Virus record (IMG/VR): IMGVR_UViG_3300031653_000001
Coordinates: 4,681-68,680 of that record
From: a virus
Length of the DNA stretch: 64,000 nt
Reading direction: 5' to 3' (one strand)
The notes beneath the pieces are model-generated. The model was not told where the DNA came from and did not search any database. It worked only from the letters and a program-made list of their open reading frames with translations. How positions within the stretch are numbered: the stretch's first letter is position 1; the number at the start of each line of letters is the position of its first letter. A program made the position numbers and the translations under genes. This document shows, piece by piece, positions 39,572 through 49,024 of this stretch.

Positions 39572-40249
39572 TTACAACGAATTATATTTTGATATTCCTA
39601 TACGCCCAACACCTAAATCTATAAGCTTTTCTATTTGCTCCGCAGTATGAACACCACCGGATGCTTTAATATTACCACTCCAATATTTTTGAATTAGCTT
39701 AACATCTTCATATAGTGTTTCAGGATTATTTCGCTTAAACAAACCAGAGTCGGTTTTAATCCATTCTATATTGTTAAATTTTTTGGCAATATCAATAACA
39801 TTATTGAATAATCTATCTTTATTTGATAACGTTCCTGATTGTATTGCTAGATTTATATAGTTTGTCTCTATAATAAGTTTAACAGTTTTAAACTTTTTAC
39901 TCCTTGCAAAATCATGTAAAACAATATCCCATTTCTGTAATATATACATATCATATATATCTATAATTATATCAACTTCATCCGCTTCAATACACAAATC
40001 TAATGTTTCTTCTGATACTGTAGACAATCCTCCTTTTACAAACCAATTTGGGACAACGACTGTTTTTATTTTTGTATCTTTAAGTCTATTTTTAACAAAA
40101 TTAACCCACCCTGGCTGAACACAAACCCCACAGGCTTGGTATTTGATTGCATCAACAACCAATTTTTTTATGTCTTTTCGGATAGCCCTAACATTAAGGT
40201 TTGTTAAGTCTAAATATTTGAAAAGTTTTTGGTTATTAGTCATTACCAT
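39572..40249 (-). CDS. deoC: Deoxyribose-phosphate aldolase
   Basis: LDLTNL, GVCVQP, ADEVDI, VKLIIET, WIKTDSG, IKASGGV, RIGIS. Confidence 0.85.
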   Translation of the reverse strand: MVMTNNQKLFKYLDLTNLNVRAIRKDIKKLVVDAIKYQACGVCVQPGWVNFVKNRLKDTKIKTVVVPNWFVKGGLSTVSEETLDLCIEADEVDIIIDIYDMYILQKWDIVLHDFARSKKFKTVKLIIETNYINLAIQSGTLSNKDRLFNNVIDIAKKFNNIEWIKTDSGLFKRNNPETLYEDVKLIQKYWSGNIKASGGVHTAEQIEKLIDLGVGRIGISKYNSL

Positions 40250-40464
40250 CCTCCTTAATCTCTTCTACAGATATTCGTTTAATAGTTTTAATATTATACA
40301 AATCATCAGCTATTTGACAAGCTTTGTCATAACATAAAGTTTTAATTTCTTTTTTGGAATTGTCTGTATAGATAATAATAACTTTATACATTTTTTATTC
40401 AGGTACTATTCCTATTAGTCTATTATTTTCAAAATCTATGTTTTTAAAAAATAATTTATTTTTT

Positions 40465-40680
40465 TCATTTCAATCCTTTTTTGAACAACCTATAAATTTT
40501 GCATAATACCCAACTAATAAAATCTACTTTTATAATACTACTATCATTATTAAACATTGAATCAATTTCGGCAACTGTAAAATTAGTAGCATCTAAAGGT
40601 ATTGTATATAATATTCGCCAATGACTTGTTACAATATAATCTTTATTTTTATATACTTTTAGCTTCATTATGTATACCAA
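40465..40680 (-). CDS. Hypothetical protein
   Basis: ORF track; same strand as neighbours. Confidence 0.4.
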   Translation of the reverse strand: MVYIMKLKVYKNKDYIVTSHWRILYTIPLDATNFTVAEIDSMFNNDSSIIKVDFISWVLCKIYRLFKKGLK

Positions 40681-40720
40681 TATACAAATATTTGTATATA
40701 TATATACATTTATATGTATA
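40681..40720. promoter_or_regulatory. Two tandem TATACA-N6-TGTATA palindromes
   Basis: TATACAAATATTTGTATA at 40681 and TATACATTTATATGTATA at 40703. Confidence 0.55.
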
Positions 40721-40751
40721 AAATCTTGTTACTGTTAAATGCTTAAAATGC

Positions 40752-40846
40752 CATTTTAAGCCGTTTTAAGCCCAAACAACGACCCTACCCCTAAACTACG
40801 CTCTATGGGGCTCCTGTGGCGTTTAAAGGGTATTGTAGCAACCTAT
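40752..40846. repeat. Dispersed intergenic element copy A
   Basis: 57-bp core matches 56682-56738 at 44/57 without gaps; preceded by TTTAAGCC x2. Confidence 0.75.
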
Positions 40847-40861
40847 TTTCATAAAATCTAA

Positions 40862-41329
40862 TCAATTTGAAGGTTCAACTTTCTTTTGAGTCGATTCTGC
40901 TCTAAGTAACGACTGCAAAGTGCTTGTGTTTTTTTCATTCATTACTTTATAATTTTGTATAATATTCCTTATTCTACGCAATTCTGTTGTAGATACCTCA
41001 GCTTCTTTTGAAGCAATTGAGACATTAAATGGTCTTTTGTTACCTTTAGTATCATATAATGGTTCTTTATCATATTTTTCTTTCAGTTTTGCCATACAAA
41101 GCAATTCTTTGTTTCGCTTTTCTGTCTCTATAATCCCTAATGCTGTTGTGAAAGAGCCAAATAAACCAGATACTACTGATAATGATTCTTTAATCAATTC
41201 GCCATTATCTATCTTATTGTGTTTTAACAGAGCATTATATTGCTCAGAAAGATTTATATCTTCTGTAAGCTCATCTAATGCCTGAGGTAAATCTGATCTA
41301 ACAAATTTTTCAAAAATAAAAATGTTCAT
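40862..41329 (-). CDS. Hypothetical helical protein (possibly UvsY-like mediator)
   Basis: Size and helical pattern only. Confidence 0.4.
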   Translation of the reverse strand: MNIFIFEKFVRSDLPQALDELTEDINLSEQYNALLKHNKIDNGELIKESLSVVSGLFGSFTTALGIIETEKRNKELLCMAKLKEKYDKEPLYDTKGNKRPFNVSIASKEAEVSTTELRRIRNIIQNYKVMNEKNTSTLQSLLRAESTQKKVEPSN

Positions 41330-42537
41330 TTCTTTTTTGGTTTTTCTGTAGTATTTGTTTTTGATTCCATACCAAAAATATCCTTTCTAATCTCATCTAC
41401 TGTAAATATTTCTTGGTCTTGTGTAGATAATGTTCTTGCTATTCTGGCTCTACTGTAATTCAGTTTTGTTGCAATCATAGGATGGGTTATTTCTAATTTA
41501 GTTGATAAAAATCCCTTTTTCACTAAAATCATGCTAAACAAATAACTTTCGTACTTTAAAATGGGTTCTACCACATTTTCAAGGAATCTACTGTATTGTT
41601 CTCTGGCATTTAAACTACCTACGTTTTCTACTAAGTTAAGCATAAATGGGGGAACTTTAAATGCTGTTGCTATACAATTTCCAAACCACCTAAACATATT
41701 TATTGTTTCTGCACCTGTCCAATGAGGTAGTTCGTTTATGGCAACTTTTTTGTTTAACCCCGCTATAGCGGCACCATTCTCTAACTCTTTGTTCATCCAC
41801 TTTAAAAAGGATTTAAAAATCTTTTCGTTGGCTCTCTCTACACCTAACATAGATGGTAGCAATCCTCCTTTTTTAGACGTCAACATAACTCGTTTAACAA
41901 GTTCTATATCGCTACCGAGATGATAATATAATGGATTCAAAGGACTGGAGGCTAAAGGAGAATCGCTATCTGCGTCTAATTGAAAATGCATCACTTGTTT
42001 ATTAGTCAATTCGATTGTTTTTCCTTTGTCATCAGTTAGCAAAGAATCGGATAGTTTAGCTTTTCTAAACACATAGGTAACAGGTTCTTTGTCTGTTACG
42101 CCCAGGGTATATCCTGGGGCAACCCTAAGTTTACTGGGAACATTTTTATTATAGTCTATTAAACAACAGCCATTACCATATCTTAGCATATCCTTAATAT
42201 ATTTCCTGCGAATTAAAAAGAATGGTTCTACATCAGATGGATATTTTAAAAAAGCATTTATTTTGGCAATTTGTCCTCGCAAATATGTATTTGATTTAAT
42301 CCCCTTTTCTAATTGAACAGTTAATGGATATTTTACTACTTCGTCAGCTATTGTGCTAACACAAGCATTTATCCAAAAATCATCCTTGATTAAATCTTTT
42401 ATCTCACTAACAGTAAAAACAGGAGATTTCTGAAGATAGACTGAATCACTATCACTAATCCCAACATAACTTTTTTCCTGATAATATTGCTCAGGTTTAA
42501 TAATTCGTTCTTTCTTACTTATTTTATTTTTTTTCAT
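41326..42537 (-). CDS. Portal protein (HK97 family)
   Basis: WINACVSTIADEV, DMLRYGNG, VMHF, SPL, IATAFKVPPFML, TVDEIR. Confidence 0.9.
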   Translation of the reverse strand: MKKNKISKKERIIKPEQYYQEKSYVGISDSDSVYLQKSPVFTVSEIKDLIKDDFWINACVSTIADEVVKYPLTVQLEKGIKSNTYLRGQIAKINAFLKYPSDVEPFFLIRRKYIKDMLRYGNGCCLIDYNKNVPSKLRVAPGYTLGVTDKEPVTYVFRKAKLSDSLLTDDKGKTIELTNKQVMHFQLDADSDSPLASSPLNPLYYHLGSDIELVKRVMLTSKKGGLLPSMLGVERANEKIFKSFLKWMNKELENGAAIAGLNKKVAINELPHWTGAETINMFRWFGNCIATAFKVPPFMLNLVENVGSLNAREQYSRFLENVVEPILKYESYLFSMILVKKGFLSTKLEITHPMIATKLNYSRARIARTLSTQDQEIFTVDEIRKDIFGMESKTNTTEKPKKK

Positions 42538-42797
42538 ATTTGTTCCTCCTCATTTTTTATATTGTTTATAACCTCTCTTTTACATATATTAAAAAAATCA
42601 TTTATATGATATATTTTAGATTCCATATCTCGTTTAGAAATCTCCATAGTATCTGAATAAAGATATAAAAACTCTTTTATCGTGGCAGTTAAAATATTTT
42701 GAACCGCCAATTCGATATTGTCAATATTTTTATTGAGATATTCTCTTGTTAATTTTTTTAGTTTGATCTCAAAATTATTCATCTGCGACCTCAGCAT
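42534..42797 (-). CDS. Hypothetical protein
   Basis: Packed between terminase-small candidate and portal. Confidence 0.5.
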   Translation of the reverse strand: MLRSQMNNFEIKLKKLTREYLNKNIDNIELAVQNILTATIKEFLYLYSDTMEISKRDMESKIYHINDFFNICKREVINNIKNEEEQI

Positions 42798-43350
42798 CTA
42801 TAATTGTTTCTCCAGTTCTTGTTTTTATGTCCAGATTCATCATTATTTGAATAGCCTCATTGCGATACTGTTCGGGAACAAAGTTATCAATAATAGATTT
42901 TGTTGCCTCTAATATTTTTTTCATATCGCCAAGAGAAATATTATTGTTAATAATAAGGTTCTTTGGGTTGAACGAATTAAGTATCTTAACTTCCTTTTCT
43001 GTTCTATCGACTATATTTTTCAAAACACGTAATTTCATACCAAATGAATTTTTTGGCGGGATCAACCCATTACTCTTTTCTTTTATTTCCTTAAACATTT
43101 CCCAATACTCATCTCTAACTCTATGTATTTCTTGTCTTAATGCTTCTACATTTGCCACATATTGCTCTGCTAATTTAGGGTGATTTAAAAGCATTTTACT
43201 TCTAAATGCAGTAATATGATTCATATCTTTTTGTGCTGTTGTTTGAGCAATGTGTAGCTCTTTGGCTATCTGATATGATGTCATTCCCTTATCAACCAGT
43301 TTTGCTATAGTTTTCCTTCTCTTTCTTTGATCTTCTTTGGAAATATTCAT
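42775..43350 (-). CDS. Probable terminase small subunit (N-terminal HTH)
   Basis: KGMTSYQIAKELHIAQTTAQKD; C-terminal IIDAEV; near portal. Confidence 0.6.
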   Translation of the reverse strand: MNISKEDQRKRRKTIAKLVDKGMTSYQIAKELHIAQTTAQKDMNHITAFRSKMLLNHPKLAEQYVANVEALRQEIHRVRDEYWEMFKEIKEKSNGLIPPKNSFGMKLRVLKNIVDRTEKEVKILNSFNPKNLIINNNISLGDMKKILEATKSIIDNFVPEQYRNEAIQIMMNLDIKTRTGETIIDAEVADE

Positions 43351-43661
43351 TATTTTATTAATCCTTCTATTTCTTTCCTTCCAACAACTTGATTCAAAAG
43401 AAGGAGAATACCACTTAAAGGAAATGTTTTTGCTATCTCATCTTTTGTTAATCCTTCGTTATATTCTTTCAAAATCATATAAGTAATGTCTACATAACAT
43501 TCTTTTATTTTTTTAGTATCTCCCTTAGCTTTTTCTAAATTCGCCAACTGAGTATCAATTGCTTCTGTCTGATCTAAAGACAATGGATAAGCAACATACT
43601 TTTTGCCTCTGACCTCATACTCGTATTTTTGGGTTAAATTTGTCATCTCTGTTTCCTCCAT
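43350..43661 (-). CDS. Possible tail assembly chaperone (gpG-like)
   Basis: EVRGKKY..YPLS...ILK....LTKDEI pattern seen in tail chaperones. Confidence 0.45.
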   Translation of the reverse strand: MEETEMTNLTQKYEYEVRGKKYVAYPLSLDQTEAIDTQLANLEKAKGDTKKIKECYVDITYMILKEYNEGLTKDEIAKTFPLSGILLLLNQVVGRKEIEGLIK

Positions 43662-43939
43662 TTTTTTAATTGTTCTTTTAACATTTTTATATCATACCCC
43701 AATACTTCTATCTTAAAAAAGGCTATAAATTCACCTAGCCGAATCAAACTATAAGCCACATCCTCTCGGCGAAGTAATTTTAGTTTTTTTTTCATTTTCA
43801 AAAACCCACAGCCTTTTAAATATAAACTCCATAATTTCCATAAATCTTTTGGCAAAAAAGCCTTCATTTTTTTTAGTATACTTTTTTGATTAGTAAGTAT
43901 TTTCTTCCTTTCGTAGTCTATTAATAGCTTTTCGTTCAT
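43643..43939 (-). CDS. Sigma region-4-like HTH protein (C-half of a split sigma factor)
   Basis: LPKDLWKLWSLYLKGCGFLKMKKKL...DVAYSLIRL; own AAGGAG RBS. Confidence 0.5.
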   Translation of the reverse strand: MNEKLLIDYERKKILTNQKSILKKMKAFLPKDLWKLWSLYLKGCGFLKMKKKLKLLRREDVAYSLIRLGEFIAFFKIEVLGYDIKMLKEQLKKWRKQR

Positions 43940-44150
43940 TGATTATTCTCCTTTGTTTATCAATTAAAAAATTTTTAAGTATTATGAACCACTCATTTAA
44001 AGAATGTTTCTGCTCTTTTTTTGACAAATATAATACAAACAAATCATTATATAGATCTCTTCTGTCCATATAAACACATTTGAACTTATAAGCATATATA
44101 TTGGACAAATAAGATATTATTTCTTCAATTTGTTTATTTATATTATTCAT
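43890..44150 (-). CDS. ECF sigma region-2-like protein (N-half of a split sigma factor)
   Basis: DRRDLYNDLFVLYL...WFIILKNFLIDKQRR matches the D.EDL.Q..F.....W....+N..ID..R pattern. Confidence 0.65.
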   Translation of the reverse strand: MNNINKQIEEIISYLSNIYAYKFKCVYMDRRDLYNDLFVLYLSKKEQKHSLNEWFIILKNFLIDKQRRIINERKAINRLRKEENTY

Positions 44151-44163
44151 ATCTTCTACTTTT

Positions 44164-44194
44164 ATTATAACATATTATACTGTGCGAATACAAC
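44164..44194 (-). promoter_or_regulatory. Phage promoter TTCGCA-N13-TATAAT (extended -10) driving sigma/terS/portal
   Basis: GTTGTATTCGCACAGTATAATATGTTATAAT; one of four aligned copies. Confidence 0.75.
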
Positions 44195-44195
44195 A

Positions 44196-44765
44196 TTATT
44201 TTTTGTTTTTTAAGGTTGCCAAGACCAATATTATTGCATCTGCTTGGTCATCTTGGGTTACTTTAAACCCCATTTTCTGTAACTGTTCTATAATCATTTT
44301 CTTTCTTTTGGCATAATTGCCATTTTTAAGTTTTTTTAGCCGATCAATCCCCTCTTTGTTCTTTTTTGTTGGTTTGAGACCATATTTCTTTTTTGCCTCT
44401 CTAATTTCTTTATTATAAGATGGCAAAGTAGTATTAATGCCAGCTATTCGTCTGGCAGATGAGGCCATTATAATTTCTGTTGTAATATTCTTAAAGAAAC
44501 ACTCAACAATAACCCAACCTCTAAGTTCATTCAAAAGCTTCACTGTGGCAAAGTTATTCTTTATAAAAGTGTCCTCAATAATCACAATATTTGGTATTTG
44601 TTCATTGAGTAATTTTTTAATTTTTTGCGCTTGGTATAACATAGCAGATATGCCTTTTGTTTTATTTGGTTTGGCGAAATTGCCAGATAGCCACTTCTTG
44701 GTTACAGTATTGAAAACCGCATAACCTGTTGAACTTGTGCTAATATCTAGACCTAAAATTTTCAT
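44196..44765 (-). CDS. ruvC: RuvC-like Holliday junction resolvase
   Basis: ILGLDISTSSTG, VIIED, DDQADAI. Confidence 0.85.
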   Translation of the reverse strand: MKILGLDISTSSTGYAVFNTVTKKWLSGNFAKPNKTKGISAMLYQAQKIKKLLNEQIPNIVIIEDTFIKNNFATVKLLNELRGWVIVECFFKNITTEIIMASSARRIAGINTTLPSYNKEIREAKKKYGLKPTKKNKEGIDRLKKLKNGNYAKRKKMIIEQLQKMGFKVTQDDQADAIILVLATLKNKK

Positions 44766-45568
44766 TTCTTTTCCTTTTTGACCTTTAATTTGTAGCTTTT
44801 ACCCACTAATACTTTTTCTGCATTGGGTATGCAATGTTTCCAATAGGGGCAATATAGGCAGTTCCAGGGATAAAAATCTTTTTTATCAGGTTCAAAAGCT
44901 CTTGGGGGCAAATCATCTTTTGTAGTGTTTATAATATTTCTAAAATTGTTAATTATATTTTTTACTATTTTGTCATCTCTTTTAACAATTTTTTCTTCTA
45001 TCACGCTATTGTTTTTGTTTATTGCCACAAAAACAGTTTGTTTTATGTCCAAAACCGACATATAGGTATTTGCTTGAGCAATATAACCATCATCTATAAT
45101 CCCCTTTTCAAAGTTTTTAAAACCATAATCGCTCATTGATTTTACTTCTAATAGTGTTGTCCCGCTTTTATCTAATATAATACCATCTGGATGTCCTTTT
45201 ATAATAGTATCATCAACCGAAAATTCAACAGTTAATTGCCTAAAACCTGTTGCGAATAATGGAACGCCGGCTAAACGAGCTAACTCAACTACAGTCAATT
45301 CTATTAAATCGCCGACCCAAAATATTATTTTGGCTCTACTATCAATTTCTTTTCCTGCCGGTTCATAGCCATGATACTTATATGCTTGTTGACGAGGGCA
45401 TTTTCCAGCGCTGGAAAGTCTAAGTGTTTTTTCTGGTGATTTTTCGTTATCCTGCATAAACTGCCTTTGGAAACTATAACCCGAAAGTTTTTCAACTTCA
45501 TATTTAATAGATTCGTTAAGAGTAAAATCCTTTGAACTTAGAAATTTATTAATTTTATCAACTATCAT
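44762..45568 (-). CDS. Cas4-like PD-(D/E)XK exonuclease with Fe-S cysteines
   Basis: CPRQ, GHPDG, LLEVKS, QANTY, CLYCPYWKHC. Confidence 0.85.
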   Translation of the reverse strand: MIVDKINKFLSSKDFTLNESIKYEVEKLSGYSFQRQFMQDNEKSPEKTLRLSSAGKCPRQQAYKYHGYEPAGKEIDSRAKIIFWVGDLIELTVVELARLAGVPLFATGFRQLTVEFSVDDTIIKGHPDGIILDKSGTTLLEVKSMSDYGFKNFEKGIIDDGYIAQANTYMSVLDIKQTVFVAINKNNSVIEEKIVKRDDKIVKNIINNFRNIINTTKDDLPPRAFEPDKKDFYPWNCLYCPYWKHCIPNAEKVLVGKSYKLKVKKEKK

Positions 45569-46418
45569 TTTTATCCTTTTGTTTAAACCCACCATTATAA
45601 TAAAAGGGTATTTTTAATTCCGAACCTATTTTGGAACAACCCATTATTTTATGTTTTTCTACTTTTATTACACTTTGGAAACCAATTATTTCTTTGCCCT
45701 TTTTTGGAGCATTTGCTTTCATACCTTTGCGCATATGTAATGTCATAGATGACCAATGCCGGATGCTATGCCCCCCGCTTAATCCTTCGTGAGTAAAAAA
45801 AGTCCCTATACCTTGTGTTCTTGTTTGACCAATAAAAAGAAAACCTATTTGAGCTTTGTAAACAAAACCAGCAGTTCTACGCAAAAATTTTCCCATTCGC
45901 CGAGCTAATAAAGCAACTTCGTCTTTATCCATTGGTTTTTCAACATGTTTTTTTGTTTCGTTCTCGCCAATACAAGATAATGCTTGTATAGAATCAAGAA
46001 CTATATAATCTACAACTTTTGCCTTTGACAATTTTATAGTAATGTCCATTGCTTGTTCAGCATTTTCTGGACATATCAATATTAATTTATCTATATTTAT
46101 TCCCATTATTTTTGCATATTTTGGGTCAAAAGAATGTTCTAAATCTAACAGAACACAAACTAATCCTTTAGTTTGTAGCATAGCAATCTGTGTATATGCA
46201 AGTGTTGATTTTCCTATTCCTTCCCCTCCGTAAATGATAGTAAAGTTACCACCAGATATACCTCCACCTATAAAATCATCAATCTCTTTTATCCCGAATG
46301 GTAATCTAGTTTTTACTGGTTCATCCTTCGCATAATAAACAGTATTTTTCCCATATGTTTTGTTTATATCCTGTAGAATATTTTTTAGTTTTGATTTAGT
46401 CATTATTTTTTTCTTCAT
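45558..46418 (-). CDS. recA: RecA/UvsX-like recombinase
   Basis: YGGEGIGKST, DLEHSFDPKYA, IVLDSIQAL, LARRM, GGHSIRH. Confidence 0.9.
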   Translation of the reverse strand: MKKKIMTKSKLKNILQDINKTYGKNTVYYAKDEPVKTRLPFGIKEIDDFIGGGISGGNFTIIYGGEGIGKSTLAYTQIAMLQTKGLVCVLLDLEHSFDPKYAKIMGINIDKLILICPENAEQAMDITIKLSKAKVVDYIVLDSIQALSCIGENETKKHVEKPMDKDEVALLARRMGKFLRRTAGFVYKAQIGFLFIGQTRTQGIGTFFTHEGLSGGHSIRHWSSMTLHMRKGMKANAPKKGKEIIGFQSVIKVEKHKIMGCSKIGSELKIPFYYNGGFKQKDKNDS

Positions 46419-46746
46419 AATTTTGAACCTTTTTTAATAATCTAAAAAAATCATCAGCGATTGTAATAACATATTTTTTGCCATTTTTGTTTTCATAAAC
46501 CCAAAAAGGAGTCCTATCGCTATTTATAGGTATTTGGTTCAATAAATGCTCAATTACATTCATACCCAAAACTATATTTTTTTTATCTTTACTTTTACAC
46601 TCCACAAAAAAACGTAAACAATATATGTCTCCTATCTCTGTTTTATTACCAGATCCTCTTGTGGGGCGAACATTATTATACCCAGCCATTCTAAGTTTAT
46701 AAGCGACCCATTCTTCAAGTTTATTTCCTTTTTCTTTTCTAGTCAT
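46396..46746 (-). CDS. Hjc-like PD-(D/E)XK resolvase/nuclease
   Basis: KGNKLE, RGSG, GDI, FVECK. Confidence 0.75.
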   Translation of the reverse strand: MTRKEKGNKLEEWVAYKLRMAGYNNVRPTRGSGNKTEIGDIYCLRFFVECKSKDKKNIVLGMNVIEHLLNQIPINSDRTPFWVYENKNGKKYVITIADDFFRLLKKVQNYEEKNND

Positions 46747-46748
46747 TT

Positions 46749-46979
46749 TTAACTAACCTCAAATATTTTTGTTCTTGATAAATGCTTAATGATTGTTAAC
46801 CCAATGATATATTTTAATTCTAGGGTTACTTCAAATCCACCGAATTTTCTTATATTTTTATTATACTCTATTAACAGTTTATTATAAGTATTCACATCCA
46901 CTTCCAAACATCTCGGCATATAGCCATTATTCATAAAAAAAATTCTTTGCAAATCAAAAATTTTAGGTATCATTTTCAT
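46749..46979 (-). CDS. Hypothetical protein
   Basis: ORF in operon. Confidence 0.45.
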   Translation of the reverse strand: MKMIPKIFDLQRIFFMNNGYMPRCLEVDVNTYNKLLIEYNKNIRKFGGFEVTLELKYIIGLTIIKHLSRTKIFEVS

Positions 46980-47181
46980 TATTCAAATCCTCAAATAATT
47001 CATATAACTCATTTACTATCTTCAAACAATTTTTAATCATTTTATTAATTTTTTTATCATGCTCTCTTATTAAAATATTTAATCTATTATGATGTTCTTT
47101 ACGTTCTTTAGCAATATCGGCAATCAAAAATTTGAATTGATGTATTGTCTTATCAAAAAGTTTTGTATCTTTTTCTTTCAT
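46963..47181 (-). CDS. Hypothetical protein
   Basis: ORF in operon. Confidence 0.45.
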   Translation of the reverse strand: MKEKDTKLFDKTIHQFKFLIADIAKERKEHHNRLNILIREHDKKINKMIKNCLKIVNELYELFEDLNNENDT

Positions 47182-47184
47182 TTG

Positions 47185-47661
47185 CTAATCCCATAAATTA
47201 TCATAATATTTAACAAATAGTCGCATACCATCGTCTATAACTCTTTTTTCTTCTTTTGTATGTGTATATTCGCTCATCATTTTCAATTCAAAACAGTCTA
47301 TTATTTTTTGTAAAATTTCTCTCCATTTTTCCATAGTCATTGTTTCTTCAGATGGGTATCCATGAGAATCTTTTTTTAATTGTTTTAATCCCCTAACAAT
47401 AATTTTTGTTAGATAATAATCAAACTCCCAAACATCTCTCTGAGCAATACCATACTTTACCCTTTGACAACCTGCTTTAATGTCGTATAAAAAGAAATCT
47501 ATAAAAGTGATATAACCTCTTTTTATACTATAATATAAATTCCTTAATTTTAAAAGAATTGGATGATTTTTTGCAAATTCTCTTTTTTTCCTAATTAATT
47601 CTTTAAAGTATAGTGAACTCTCAGCCAGCTTGTTCTCTAATTTTTCTAATTCTTTGTCCAT
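47185..47661 (-). CDS. Conserved phage hypothetical protein
   Basis: DVWEFDYYL...GYP...W...L..I...F...LFVKYYDNLWD pattern. Confidence 0.6.
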   Translation of the reverse strand: MDKELEKLENKLAESSLYFKELIRKKREFAKNHPILLKLRNLYYSIKRGYITFIDFFLYDIKAGCQRVKYGIAQRDVWEFDYYLTKIIVRGLKQLKKDSHGYPSEETMTMEKWREILQKIIDCFELKMMSEYTHTKEEKRVIDDGMRLFVKYYDNLWD

Positions 47662-47685
47662 ATTATTAAGTCTCTATCTAACTAT

Positions 47686-47716
47686 ATTATACCATATTTT
47701 GCCTTGCAAAATCCAC
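47686..47716 (-). promoter_or_regulatory. Phage promoter TTTGCA-N13-TATAAT
   Basis: GTGGATTTTGCAAGGCAAAATATGGTATAAT. Confidence 0.75.
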
Positions 47717-47888
47717 AATTTGTTTTAAAACTATTTAGAAAAATCATTTAGAAACCATAATGGATTTTCATCTATGGCCTTATTGCATTTGTCGCAATAG
47801 CCATTTTTTAAAACTGTTACATTCTTGCAATTTCTACATTCTCCAATGCTATATTTATCTTCGTTAGAATTTGACACTTTTAATACTC

Positions 47889-48968
47889 CTATTTATTTCC
47901 ATTATATTCTTTGCCATTATATATAAATTTGCCTTTAACTATCCTTTTCAAATCAACATCAAAAAATCCATCTTTATAGAAATATATCACTGCAAAACCA
48001 TGAGACCATTTTGCCGGTTTATTACCCATATATGATGGGTTGTGGTCACAAAGACTCCCCAATGAGTATCCTATAGTTGCTAACTCTTTAGCTGGAGAAT
48101 TATCTGTTCTCAATCTTGGTGAGTGTAAATGGGCGTGTAGTACATTTGTTTTAAATTCAGCCAAATGTTTCTTCAAAAAATTTACTCCTGTATACATACC
48201 ATGAGTTATTGATAATCTACCAACTCTTTCGACATGATTAACATTATCATAAACTATATATCCTCTATTTTTTAAATGTAATTCTATTTTGGGGTCAAAC
48301 AAACCCTCCAATTGGGGATATTGTTCAATAAAATCATAATAAAATCTTTCATGATTTCCATACCAAAACCGTTTATCACATTTTTCTGGCAATCGTTTAT
48401 CAAATTCATCTAATATACTATTTCCTATAATATAATCTTTTTTAAGTCTTTTGCTTTCTAAAGTTTTTCTTTTATTTTTTCCCTGTAGCCAATGAGATAT
48501 TGGTGCCATGTCCATAAAATCTCCAACAATAAAAAATCCATCAAAACAAATATCATCTGATAGTTTCAAAACAGATTTTATAGCAATATTATTTTGCTCT
48601 GGAATATGGGTATCGCCAATAGCCAGATAAGTTTTAAATACCTTTGTTTTCAGTCGTTTTTTTGGTTTTATATAACTCCATTGTATTTGTAATTTTCTTT
48701 TCATATCTGTTATATCTTGTTTATCCAGTTTTTCTACCTTAATTATTCTATTTCTATCAACCTTTATTCCTAAAGCAAATTCTAAATCTATAGGATTATC
48801 ACAAAATAACTCTCTTCTTAGCTTAATCAACCCTTCTTTACGAAGTTTTCCTTCAAATTCTCTTATTGTTCTTGGTTTCTTATTATATACTTTACTAGCT
48901 TCAAGGATAGTCATTCCATTATTATATTTTTCAATATAATCCTTTAAACCTTTTTTTGTTAGTATCAT
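47889..48968 (-). CDS. Calcineurin-like metallophosphoesterase with N-terminal HTH
   Basis: GDTH, GDFMD, GNHE, THG, AHLH. Confidence 0.85.
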   Translation of the reverse strand: MILTKKGLKDYIEKYNNGMTILEASKVYNKKPRTIREFEGKLRKEGLIKLRRELFCDNPIDLEFALGIKVDRNRIIKVEKLDKQDITDMKRKLQIQWSYIKPKKRLKTKVFKTYLAIGDTHIPEQNNIAIKSVLKLSDDICFDGFFIVGDFMDMAPISHWLQGKNKRKTLESKRLKKDYIIGNSILDEFDKRLPEKCDKRFWYGNHERFYYDFIEQYPQLEGLFDPKIELHLKNRGYIVYDNVNHVERVGRLSITHGMYTGVNFLKKHLAEFKTNVLHAHLHSPRLRTDNSPAKELATIGYSLGSLCDHNPSYMGNKPAKWSHGFAVIYFYKDGFFDVDLKRIVKGKFIYNGKEYNGNK

Positions 48969-49024
48969 TTTAATACTCCTTTTTTACGCAAATATTTATT
49001 TTTGTTATCCATTTTTTTACTTTT

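Noticed and set aside
44762-45568. Cas4-like gene as evidence of CRISPR-Cas
   Set aside because: Solo Cas4-like exonucleases are common in phage recombination modules; no array or other cas genes seen
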